From assembly GCA_965228735.1 (NCBI GenBank), contig OZ245838.1, positions 64,001-128,000 of the forward strand: a stretch of 64,000 bases of DNA. The letters are read 5' to 3'. Shown here piece by piece: positions 26,171-36,909 of this stretch (position 1 is its first letter; the number at the start of each line of letters is the position of its first letter). The DNA comes from Planctomycetota bacterium. Its GTDB lineage: Bacteria; Planctomycetota; UBA1135; UBA2386. A program made the position numbers and the translations under genes. Below the pieces are notes generated by a model. The model was not told the origin of the DNA. It did no database searches and saw only the letters and a program-made list of their open reading frames with translations.

Positions 26171-27595
26171 ATGACCCTCAGCCGTTTCGTCCTCGGTCTT
26201 ACCCTTTCCAGCGTTCCGGTCGCCGGACAGTGCGGCCTCGACTGGACCTCGGTGTCCGCGGCGCCGGGCGCCTGGATCCGCGAATTCTTCGAGGTGCCGA
26301 ACGGCGGACTCGTCGGCTACAGCCTCAGCGAACTGCTGCAGTGGAACGACCCGGGTTGGACCCCGATCGCGTTTCCGCCCCAGAGCAGCGGGAAACCGAT
26401 CGCGACCACCGGTGGGATCGTCATCGGCACGGCGTTCGGCCCGTACATGCGATGGGATGGCGTCGGTTGGTCGGCGGTCGCGCCGCAGCTCAGCCTCTCG
26501 ACCTCGATCTCGGGCTCCGGGTTCGGGCTGCCGGACGGGAGCTTCGTGGTCGCGAACGCGACGCTGATCGGTGGCGCGAACTTCGGCGGCTATGCCCGCT
26601 GGGACGGCACGGGTTGGTCACCGTTCGCGACCGGATTCGACGGGACGCGCCGGTTCCATCAGCTCGACAGCGGCATGGTCATCGTGACCGGTGACTTCAC
26701 GGTGGCCGGCGGCGTGGCTGCCGACGGGATCGCGCTCTGGACCGGTTCGGGCTGGGCGGCGATGGGGACACCGTTGCCGGCGCTCGCGCCCGACGTGGAG
26801 TTCCGGCGATTCGCCACCGGGCCGAGCGGCGAGGTCTACGCGATCGTCACCCACACGGTCGGCGGCCGCTCCGAGATCCGACAGTTCACTGGCAACCACT
26901 GGCTGCCGATCGGCGCGCCGCCGTTCTGGGGCTCTGCCGGCGGGTTCGACGTGCTGCCGAACGGCGACCTGGTGGTCGCGGGCTTCATCGTCGGCGTCGG
27001 CACCTCGACCAACTACATCGGCGCGCCGCTGCGCTGGGACGGCAGCAGCTGGACCACGTTCGGCGCCGGGCTCGGTCCGTACGGTGCGACGACCACGGCG
27101 ATGCGTCGACTGAACGACGATCGCTACGTGTTCGCCGGCACGTTCTCGACGGCCGGTGGTCAGCCGTCGCCGAACTTCGCCGTGCTCGAGTCGACCTGTC
27201 CGGCCAGCGCGACCGTCAACGGATCGGGTTGCGCCGGCAGCGGCGGACCGCTGGCGCTCGTCGGGATCGAACGGCCCTGGATCGGGACCCGCAGTCGCGC
27301 TCGTGTCGATGGCGCGGTCCCCGGCGCCGCGTTGCTGGGCGTGCTCGGTTGGCAGGCGGTCAACGTGCCGCTCGCGCAGATCCATCCCGCCGCCGCGCCG
27401 GGCTGCGCGCTGCGGAACAGCGTCGACGCGACGTTGCTGCTCGGCGCGCCCGAGCTGTCGATCCAGGTCCCGAACGATCCCGGCCTCGTCGGCGTCGTCG
27501 TGCGCGCCCAGGTGCTGCAGGGCGAGTTCTCGGCCGGCAACCTCGTGACGCTCGCTGCCTCCAACGGGTTGACGCTGCAGCTCGGCGCGTTGTAG
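26171..27595 (+). CDS. Secreted beta-propeller protein with Planctomycete-type C-terminal domain
   Basis: Signal peptide; repeated xPxGxLxxxG / RWDGxxW blades. Confidence 0.8.
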   Translation: MTLSRFVLGLTLSSVPVAGQCGLDWTSVSAAPGAWIREFFEVPNGGLVGYSLSELLQWNDPGWTPIAFPPQSSGKPIATTGGIVIGTAFGPYMRWDGVGWSAVAPQLSLSTSISGSGFGLPDGSFVVANATLIGGANFGGYARWDGTGWSPFATGFDGTRRFHQLDSGMVIVTGDFTVAGGVAADGIALWTGSGWAAMGTPLPALAPDVEFRRFATGPSGEVYAIVTHTVGGRSEIRQFTGNHWLPIGAPPFWGSAGGFDVLPNGDLVVAGFIVGVGTSTNYIGAPLRWDGSSWTTFGAGLGPYGATTTAMRRLNDDRYVFAGTFSTAGGQPSPNFAVLESTCPASATVNGSGCAGSGGPLALVGIERPWIGTRSRARVDGAVPGAALLGVLGWQAVNVPLAQIHPAAAPGCALRNSVDATLLLGAPELSIQVPNDPGLVGVVVRAQVLQGEFSAGNLVTLAASNGLTLQLGAL

Positions 27596-27734
27596 CAGCG
27601 CCACGGCGCACCTCTCGGTTCCGGGTGGAGAAGTGAGGGTCGCGGCCTGGACCGCGATCCGGCCGGAGACCTGCGGGGTGTAGGCTCTCGGCAGGCTCTT
27701 CGCGGCCCGCCGCGAACCAACCGAACACGAGAGG

Positions 27735-29120
27735 ATGTCGATGAAATACCGCACCGAGCGGGACACGATGGGTGAGGTCCAGGTCCCCGACGACCGCTAC
27801 TGGGGCGCGCAGACGCAGCGCAGCCTGCAGAACTTCAAGATCGGCGGCCAGCGGATGCCGCTCGAGATCGTGCATGCGTTCGCGGTCCTGAAGAAGGCGG
27901 CGGCGCTGACCAACGCCGAGCTGACCGATTTCTCGCGCTCGAAAGCCGCGGCGATCGGCGCGGCCTGCGACGAGGTGCTGACCGGCAGCCTCGACGACCA
28001 CTTCCCGCTCGTCGTCTGGCAGACCGGTTCGGGCACCCAGAGCAACATGAACGTCAACGAGGTCGTCGCGAACCGGGCGACGGAGATCCTCGGTGGCGAC
28101 TTCCGCGCGGACCGGCTCGTCCAGGCCAACGACGACGTCAACAGGAGTCAGAGCAGCAACGACACGTTTCCGACGGCGATGCACATCGCCACCTACGGCA
28201 AGCTCGTCGAGGTCACGATTCCGCAGGTGCGGGCGCTGCAGGAGGCGCTCGCCGCCAAGGCGGCGGCGTTCGCGGACATCGTGAAGACGGGCCGCACGCA
28301 CCTGATGGATGCGACGCCGCTGACCCTCGGCCAGGAGTTCGGCGGCTACGCCGCGCAGCTCGCGCGCGGCATCGAGACCCTCGAGGACAGCCTGAAGCAC
28401 CTCGCCGAGCTCGCGCTCGGCGGCACCGCGGTCGGCACGGGCCTCAATACGCCAACCGGCTACGACGTCGCGGTCGCGGCCAAGATCGCCGAGCTGACCG
28501 GGCAGCCGTTCGTCACCGCGGCCGACAAGTTCGAGGCGCTGAGCGCTCATGACGCGATGGTCGAGGCGAGCGGCGCGCTGCGTCGGGTCGCCGTGAGCCT
28601 GATGCACATCGGCAACAATATCCGCCTGCTCGCGAGCGGCCCCCGCACGGGCATCGGCGAGATCGTGTTGCCCGCGAACGAGCCCGGCAGCTCGATCATG
28701 CCGGGCAAGGTCAACCCGACGCAGTGCGAGGCACTGACGATGGTCTGCGCTCAGGTCATCGGCAATGACACGGCGGTCGCGGTCGCGGGCACGCACGGCC
28801 ACTTCCAGCTCAACGTGTTCAAACCGGTGATCGCCTACAACGTGCTGACGAGCGCTCAGCTCATCGCCGACGCGTGTCGGAGCTTCCTCGACAACTGCGT
28901 CGCCGGCATCGAGCCGAACACGTCGCGGATCGCCGAGCTGGTCGATCAGAGCCTGATGCTCGTCACCGCACTCAACAACCACATCGGCTACTACAAGGCC
29001 GCGGAGATCGCGCAGAAGGCGCACGCCGACGGGACCACGCTCAGGGAAGCCGCGCTCGCGCTCGGGCATCTCACGGCGGCCGAGTTCGATCGGATCGTCG
29101 TGCCGGCGCAGATGGTGTGA
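27735..29120 (+). CDS. fumC: Class II fumarate hydratase
   Basis: [41 protein letters not shown]. Confidence 0.98.
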   Translation: MSMKYRTERDTMGEVQVPDDRYWGAQTQRSLQNFKIGGQRMPLEIVHAFAVLKKAAALTNAELTDFSRSKAAAIGAACDEVLTGSLDDHFPLVVWQTGSGTQSNMNVNEVVANRATEILGGDFRADRLVQANDDVNRSQSSNDTFPTAMHIATYGKLVEVTIPQVRALQEALAAKAAAFADIVKTGRTHLMDATPLTLGQEFGGYAAQLARGIETLEDSLKHLAELALGGTAVGTGLNTPTGYDVAVAAKIAELTGQPFVTAADKFEALSAHDAMVEASGALRRVAVSLMHIGNNIRLLASGPRTGIGEIVLPANEPGSSIMPGKVNPTQCEALTMVCAQVIGNDTAVAVAGTHGHFQLNVFKPVIAYNVLTSAQLIADACRSFLDNCVAGIEPNTSRIAELVDQSLMLVTALNNHIGYYKAAEIAQKAHADGTTLREAALALGHLTAAEFDRIVVPAQMV

Positions 29121-29263
29121 CGGCGCGCGGGCGACCCCGCGCGTGCCGATCAGCCGATCACGATCGCCACGGCCTCGGTCGTCGCCGCGCCGAGCGGGAG
29201 GCTCGGATCCGGGACGAAGAACTGCGCGGCCAGCTCGAGGCCGGCGAACGGCGGAGGCCGGGA

Positions 29264-29620
29264 TCAGCGCGGTCCGACCCAGCCGACCGAGTACGCGAAG
29301 ACGAACCAGTTGATGAGACCCAGCACCGCCGCGGGGAGCGCCTCGACCACCGGATCGCCGACCCAGAAACGCGTGGCGACGCCCAGCACCATCAGCAGAC
29401 CGAGGCCAGCCGAGGCGACGGCCGCGATCGCCGGGACGAAGTAGCCGACGAGGAGCCCGAGCGCCCCGAGCAGCTCGAGACTGCCGATCAACAGACGCAG
29501 GTGGGCGAGACCGAAGCGCTCGAACTCGGCGACCATCGAGCCGGCGAGGACGCAGGCGAAGCCGTACCACAGGAACGTGACCATCGACAGGGCCCGGCAG
29601 ATCTCGAACGCGATCTTCAT
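29264..29620 (-). CDS. DoxX-family membrane protein
   Basis: EFERFGL..IGSLELLGALGLL; four TM segments. Confidence 0.8.
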   Translation of the reverse strand: MKIAFEICRALSMVTFLWYGFACVLAGSMVAEFERFGLAHLRLLIGSLELLGALGLLVGYFVPAIAAVASAGLGLLMVLGVATRFWVGDPVVEALPAAVLGLINWFVFAYSVGWVGPR

Positions 29621-29669
29621 CGTCAGTTGGCCGGCGCTGCGGCGCGCGGTCGGCGATTGCAGCCCGCGC

Positions 29670-30032
29670 TCAGGGCAGCGCGACGAGGAGGCAGAGCACC
29701 AGCATCGTGAACGCCGGCGCGGTCTTGCGGATCGAGTCGCCGACCTTCACGTGCATCAGGACCGCGCCCAACATCAGGGCGCCCATGCCGGCCGCCGCGG
29801 GCAGGGTCAGGCTCGGAAACCAGACGCCGACGATCAGCAGGACGGCCAACGTGATCTTGAAGAAGCCCACCACGTAGACCGCCCACGGCGGCAGGCCGTA
29901 GACCGCAAACTCCTCCTTCATGGTCTCGGCGTCACCGCCGCGGTAGTTCGTCGCCCGGCCAGATCGCAGGATCCAGACGTTCAGGATGATCAGGGCGATC
30001 GCGATCTGGAGGACGAGCAGGAAGGTGGTCAC
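29670..30032 (-). CDS. DoxX-family membrane protein
   Basis: EEFAVYGLP..VG..K; MLGAVLMHVKVGD. Confidence 0.82.
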   Translation of the reverse strand: MTTFLLVLQIAIALIILNVWILRSGRATNYRGGDAETMKEEFAVYGLPPWAVYVVGFFKITLAVLLIVGVWFPSLTLPAAAGMGALMLGAVLMHVKVGDSIRKTAPAFTMLVLCLLVALP

Positions 30033-30149
30033 GGGGCGTTGGCGGGCTGGGGCAGGGTCGTGGGGCCAGCGCTCCGGCCCCGACTGGCTCTTCGATTCGT
30101 TCGAATGCCCGGACCGGATGCGGCCGGCTCATGGCCGGCGCCGATCGCG

Positions 30150-31253
30150 TCACGGCAGGATGACGCGCGGCGACCCGAGCCCGAACGCATTGGGGCCAAC
30201 GATCGTCCGTTCCCCGGCCCGGACGAGCGCCGCCGGCCCGGCGTGCACGGCCCAGTTGTGCAGCACGTCGACCCGGTCCTCGGGGACGCCGCGGATGACC
30301 ACGGCGGTGCGCTCGCACAGGAACGTGTTTCGTTCGACCCGCACCCGCGTGCCGGCCACGTCGGTCCCGTCCTTGCGATCACGGCCGCCGTGCATGTCGA
30401 ACAGGTGGCTCAGCGACGTGCCGCGTTCGACGTTGTGGCGGGCGACGTAGCCCGAGCCGGGCCGGCCCGTGCCGGCGATCGAGTGCCGGTTCCAGTCGAA
30501 CAGATTGCGTTCGATGGTGGAGAACGCGACGTCGTGGCAGATGCCGTAGCCGAGGCCCTGGCGCTGATTGTGGTGGATGAAGCAGTGCTGGACCAGATGG
30601 CCGTCGCCGCCGCGCAGATCGATCGCGGCGTGGCTCCAGCCGGCCAGCTCGCAGTTGTCGATCCGCAGCCGATCGTGGCGGGTGCGGATGCCGTCCGAGG
30701 TCGGCAGCGCGTAATAGCGCGTGCGTCCCGGCGGGTGGTCGCCTCGGAACGAGCGGCGATGATGGTCGAGCCGGCGTTCGGGGTCGGGGCCGCGGAGCCG
30801 CAGGCCGCTCACCCGCGCGGCGTCGCCGGTGACGCGGATCAGCGGACGGGTCGCGAGGTGGTCGGAGAACAGCAGCGCGCCCGGTGAGCCGCCGTGGCCC
30901 CGGTCGCTCGCGAGCGTCACCCCCGCGGGGATCTCGAGGACGAGCCCGTCGATGAGACACGCGGCCGTCAGATCGATCGTGACGTCACCCGGCACGAACA
31001 CGACCTCCCCGGGCTCGGCCGTCGCGAGGGCATGCGTCAGGCTGTCGAGATCACGCACGGTGCGGTCGCCGGCAGTCACCACGTCGGCATAGCCCGGCCC
31101 GCCGCCGATCGGCCCGCGGTCGTTGCCCTCCGCGCCGTAGGTGACCCCGTCGATCGTGACCGCGGTGCGCTCGGGCACGGTGGTGTCGGCGCCGTAGAGG
31201 CCGGTCTGCTGCGGCGAGGCGAGCGCGAGAACGACGAGCGCAGCGAGGGTCAT
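30150..31253 (-). CDS. Secreted right-handed parallel beta-helix protein
   Basis: Signal peptide; IDNCEL, HCFIHHN, IERNLFDWNRH repeats. Confidence 0.75.
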   Translation of the reverse strand: MTLAALVVLALASPQQTGLYGADTTVPERTAVTIDGVTYGAEGNDRGPIGGGPGYADVVTAGDRTVRDLDSLTHALATAEPGEVVFVPGDVTIDLTAACLIDGLVLEIPAGVTLASDRGHGGSPGALLFSDHLATRPLIRVTGDAARVSGLRLRGPDPERRLDHHRRSFRGDHPPGRTRYYALPTSDGIRTRHDRLRIDNCELAGWSHAAIDLRGGDGHLVQHCFIHHNQRQGLGYGICHDVAFSTIERNLFDWNRHSIAGTGRPGSGYVARHNVERGTSLSHLFDMHGGRDRKDGTDVAGTRVRVERNTFLCERTAVVIRGVPEDRVDVLHNWAVHAGPAALVRAGERTIVGPNAFGLGSPRVILP

Positions 31254-31310
31254 GCCGGGCAGGATAACCGGCGATCGCGCGCGGCTCGCGGCGATGACTT
31301 CGAGAACTGG

Positions 31311-31898
31311 CTACCGGTGCTGCCAGCCTGCGGCCAGCTTTCGGAACTTCGCCTCGTGTTCGCGGATCATCGCATCCGTGAGCGGGTTCCTGCGCGGGAC
31401 GACCTCGAACTCGCCGTCGCCGTGAATCAGCAGGTTGGGGCGGAAGCCCTCGACGTAACCCGCGGGCGGCAGGCGGTCGTGGGCCATGCGGCGCTCCGAC
31501 GTCGCGGTGTCGACGAGCTCGGACCGGCTGATCGCGCCGTCGCGGTCGCGGTCGTAGGCCGCGACGTAGTTCTTGGTGCGGGTGGTCGCCGCGACCGGGT
31601 CGGCGCTCAGTCCGGGGAACGCGCTCTCGACTGCGGCGGCGATCTCGCGACCATCGAGCACGGCGTTCTGATCCGCATCGACGAAGCCGAAGATCGCGTT
31701 CAGCGATCTGCGGTTGCTCTCGCGGCGCGCGACGTCGTCGCCGATCGGGTGACGCGCGACGACCCAGTCGTTGAGGCCGTGTTCATCGAGGAACGCGACG
31801 TTGGGAAACACCCAGGCGATGACGCCGGCGGCGCGCACGCCGAGGGTGACGCGTTGATCCCACGTGACCTCGGCGCCCTCCGGGCGCGGGGGCAGCAT
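31311..31898 (-). CDS. EF-hand-containing ORF, possibly the C-terminal remnant of a longer gene
   Basis: DADQNAVLDGRE and DRDRDGAISRSE EF-hand loops; frame stays open upstream of the ATG. Confidence 0.5.
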   Translation of the reverse strand: MLPPRPEGAEVTWDQRVTLGVRAAGVIAWVFPNVAFLDEHGLNDWVVARHPIGDDVARRESNRRSLNAIFGFVDADQNAVLDGREIAAAVESAFPGLSADPVAATTRTKNYVAAYDRDRDGAISRSELVDTATSERRMAHDRLPPAGYVEGFRPNLLIHGDGEFEVVPRRNPLTDAMIREHEAKFRKLAAGWQHR

Positions 31899-32134
31899 CT
31901 GCTGCTGCGACTCGCAGAAGGTGCGGAGGGTGTCGTTCCGGGCGTGGATTGTAGGCGACGGGCGGCGAGCCGTGGGCGGCCGGCCCGGACGGTCCTGAGC
32001 GGGTGCGCGGCGAACTCGGGCCCGGCTGGTCGGGCGGCGGCGGCGGCGGGGCTAGCCTTCGCCGGGAAGCTGACTTGCGGCCGGCCGACGCGAGGTTTAG
32101 GAAAGCACGGCCCCGGCTCCCGGGTGCGCCGACT

Positions 32135-33082
32135 TTGGAATTCCAGGACTACTACACGACTCTCGGCATCTCCCGTTCCGCGTCGGCGGACCAGATCAAG
32201 TCCGCCTATCGCAAGCTCGCGAAGGAGTGGCATCCGGACAAGCATCCGGCCGAGAAGCGCGACGAGGTCGAGAAGAAGTTCGCCGCGATCTCCGAAGCGC
32301 ACGAGGTCTTGAGCGACCCCGAGAAGCGCAAGCGCTACGACGCGCTCGGGGCGAACTGGCGGCACGGCCAGGAGTTCGGCGGGCCGCCCGGCGGCGGGTT
32401 CCAGGGGAACATCGACCCCGAGGAGTTCGCCCGCATGTTCGGCGGCGCGGGCGGCGGCGGCGGCGGGTTCTCCGACTTCTTCTCGTCGATGTTCGGCGAC
32501 ATGTTCGCGGGGGGCGGCGGGCGGCGGCAGCGCGCGCCGCAGAAGGGTCGCGACGTCGAGGCCGAGATGGAGATCGAGGTCGGGCTCGCGTTGCTCGGCG
32601 GCAAGCGCGCGTTCCAGATCGACACCGCGGGCGGTCGTCGGTCGGTGGATCTGACGATCCCGAAGGGCACGCGCGATGGTCAGATGACGCGGCTGCGTGG
32701 GCTCGGGCATCCCGGGCCGGCGGGCAACGGCGACCTGCTGCTGCGGTTTCGGCTCGTGCCCGACGACGTCTACCGGCTGCGCGGCAAGGACGTCGAGGCC
32801 GACATCGTCGTCGCGCCGTGGGATCTCGTCGACGGCGCGAGCGTCGAGGTCGCGGTGCCGGGCGGGACTGCGACGGTCAAGCTGCAGCCCGGCACGCGCG
32901 CTGGCGAACGGCTGCGGCTGCGCGGGCAGGGGCTCAAGCGCGGTGACGGCCAGGCCGCGGGCGATCTGTTCGTGGTCGTCCGGGCCGCGTTGCCGCAACA
33001 ACTCACGGATCGGCAGAAAGAGCTGCTGCGGGAGGCGGGGCAGGACAGCGCGCCCGTGCGGGGTGGCGCGGCGCGCGGGTAG
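32135..33082 (+). CDS. DnaJ-class co-chaperone without zinc finger (CbpA-like)
   Basis: DYYTTLG, WHPD, G/F-rich linker, DnaJ C-terminal domain; TTG start inferred. Confidence 0.92.
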   Translation: MEFQDYYTTLGISRSASADQIKSAYRKLAKEWHPDKHPAEKRDEVEKKFAAISEAHEVLSDPEKRKRYDALGANWRHGQEFGGPPGGGFQGNIDPEEFARMFGGAGGGGGGFSDFFSSMFGDMFAGGGGRRQRAPQKGRDVEAEMEIEVGLALLGGKRAFQIDTAGGRRSVDLTIPKGTRDGQMTRLRGLGHPGPAGNGDLLLRFRLVPDDVYRLRGKDVEADIVVAPWDLVDGASVEVAVPGGTATVKLQPGTRAGERLRLRGQGLKRGDGQAAGDLFVVVRAALPQQLTDRQKELLREAGQDSAPVRGGAARG

Positions 33083-33142
33083 GCGGGTCGGGCCCGCGAG
33101 AACGCGCGAGACAACGATACCGGGTTCGGTACGTTCACGACC

Positions 33143-35092
<1,950 letters not shown>

Positions 35093-35140
35093 CGCCGCGG
35101 GGCGTGAGACGAGGATACCGGGTTCGGTCTGTTCACCCGC

Positions 35141-35611
35141 TCAGGGGTCGGTGCGGTCGAGGCGGGCTCGGAGTTCGGCGTTCTCCGTGCGGAGGCGGGC
35201 GAGTTCGGCCGCCGGGTCGTCGCAGACCACGTCGCCTGCCGTGCGCAGCGGCGGTTTGCCAGCCGACTCGCCCGGTGACCCGCCCGCCGAATCGGCGGGC
35301 GTGACCTCGGGGCCGGGTTCGAGACCGGGCTCGAGCACTCGCTGGTTCGTCAGGTAGACGCCCGCCAGCATGCTCGTCTTGCAGCTCGCGACGCAGCGGT
35401 TGCCCGCGGCGTCGCGATACTCGATCGCGTAGAGGCGCGAGGACTGTTCGCCGGCCCAGCCGGGACCGAACGGCGTCCACTGGCGCTTCAGCAGCGTGCA
35501 GCCCCGTTGCTGCAGGTAGTCGCGAATGCGGTCGCCATCGATCACACCCGCGATGACGCGGGCGCCGATGACGAGGATCACGACGAGGGCGATGATGACC
35601 AGGACTTCCAC
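35141..35611 (-). CDS. Hypothetical membrane-anchored protein
   Basis: N-terminal TM helix; host-like codons. Confidence 0.65.
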   Translation of the reverse strand: MEVLVIIALVVILVIGARVIAGVIDGDRIRDYLQQRGCTLLKRQWTPFGPGWAGEQSSRLYAIEYRDAAGNRCVASCKTSMLAGVYLTNQRVLEPGLEPGPEVTPADSAGGSPGESAGKPPLRTAGDVVCDDPAAELARLRTENAELRARLDRTDP

Positions 35612-35672
35612 GCCCGGTACGTGGCCGTACGGGCGCCGAACCTGTCGCCGGGAAGGCGTCGTGCCGACGAGC

Positions 35673-36248
35673 TCAGTGGAGGCGGCGCAGGCGACGAAGC
35701 GCGACGAGGTAGTCGCGGTTCTTCGTCAGCGACCAGGCGAGCTCGAGCTCGGCCATGATCTGCAGATGAGCGCCGTAGCCGGCGTTGCGGCCGACGATCG
35801 GGTCGAAGCCGGGCACGGTCGCGGTGACGACCGGCAGGATCGGCGCAGGAGCCGGGAGCGACGCTTCGACGGCCTCGGCCTTGGCCGGGTGCGCCGTCGC
35901 TTCGACGGCCTCGACGTCACGACGCAGGCGTTCCGCGGCCTCGTCGAGCTTCTTGGCCTCGGCGAGCTTGCCGAGACGCTCTTGCTCCTTGCCTTCGGCG
36001 TCCTCGATCTGCTTGACCGTGAGGGCGTCCTTCTCGGACTTGAAGATCCGCGACTTGCTGAGGAACAACTCGCCGCCGACGACGCGCAGATGAACCGTCG
36101 TCTCGGTCTCTTCGAGAACCACGCCTTCGAGGACGTCGGGCTGGCTGCCCTCGACGGTTTCCTTGGCAGGATCGGAGAGCCAGAACTTGTCGGCCTTGGC
36201 GGGGGCGCAGAACAGCGCTGCGGCGCAGAGAATCAGGGGGGTGCGCAT
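35673..36248 (-). CDS. Hypothetical secreted protein
   Basis: Signal peptide MRTPLILCAAALFCAPAKA. Confidence 0.7.
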   Translation of the reverse strand: MRTPLILCAAALFCAPAKADKFWLSDPAKETVEGSQPDVLEGVVLEETETTVHLRVVGGELFLSKSRIFKSEKDALTVKQIEDAEGKEQERLGKLAEAKKLDEAAERLRRDVEAVEATAHPAKAEAVEASLPAPAPILPVVTATVPGFDPIVGRNAGYGAHLQIMAELELAWSLTKNRDYLVALRRLRRLH

Positions 36249-36397
36249 GGAAGAAGGGTAGCACGCGCGGCGCCAACTCTCCTGGAACGGCGAGCGGCCG
36301 CCGGGGTGGCGGCCGCGATCGCGCGCTGGCATCGGCGAAAGCGCGCGATGCAAGGGGTCCCGAAACGAGACCCGTGAGGCTGGACCGCGTGCGCCGC

Positions 36398-36832
36398 TCA
36401 GGCCGGCAGCAGACCCTTGAGCTTCTCGAGCATCGGGCCGAGGACCTGCTTGATCTCCTCGTTGTTCATGAGGCGCGTGATCTGCTCCTGCAGACCGCCG
36501 AGGTTCTTCTGCAGCTCGGGGGAGAGCTGGCTCATCGCCGCCTTCGCGCCCTCGGTGACCTTGGTGGCCATGTCGTTGAGCGCGTTGCCGGTGTCCTTGG
36601 CGGCGGCTTCGCCGGCCGACTTCAGGCTCTCCATACCCGTCGAGAGGTCCTTGGTCAGCGACTCGAGCTCGGACTTGGCCGCTTTCGCGGTCTCGGCGTC
36701 GGTGATGCCCGCGAGCAGCTCGTTCAGCGAGCTGGCCGTCGCATCCGGGGTGGCGGCAGCGCCGGCTTCGCCACCGCAAGCGGCGAACAGGAACATCGGG
36801 ACGAGAAGGGCGAGATTACGAATCTGAGTCAT
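36398..36832 (-). CDS. Helical lipoprotein
   Basis: Lipobox FAAC; amphipathic helical body. Confidence 0.8.
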   Translation of the reverse strand: MTQIRNLALLVPMFLFAACGGEAGAAATPDATASSLNELLAGITDAETAKAAKSELESLTKDLSTGMESLKSAGEAAAKDTGNALNDMATKVTEGAKAAMSQLSPELQKNLGGLQEQITRLMNNEEIKQVLGPMLEKLKGLLPA

Positions 36833-36909
36833 CGGTCGGTTCTGGGGTTCGGATTGCCGGCCGGCTACGGGCTGACAATCGCGGTTCAGTTGCTGATGAT
36901 AGCCGATCC

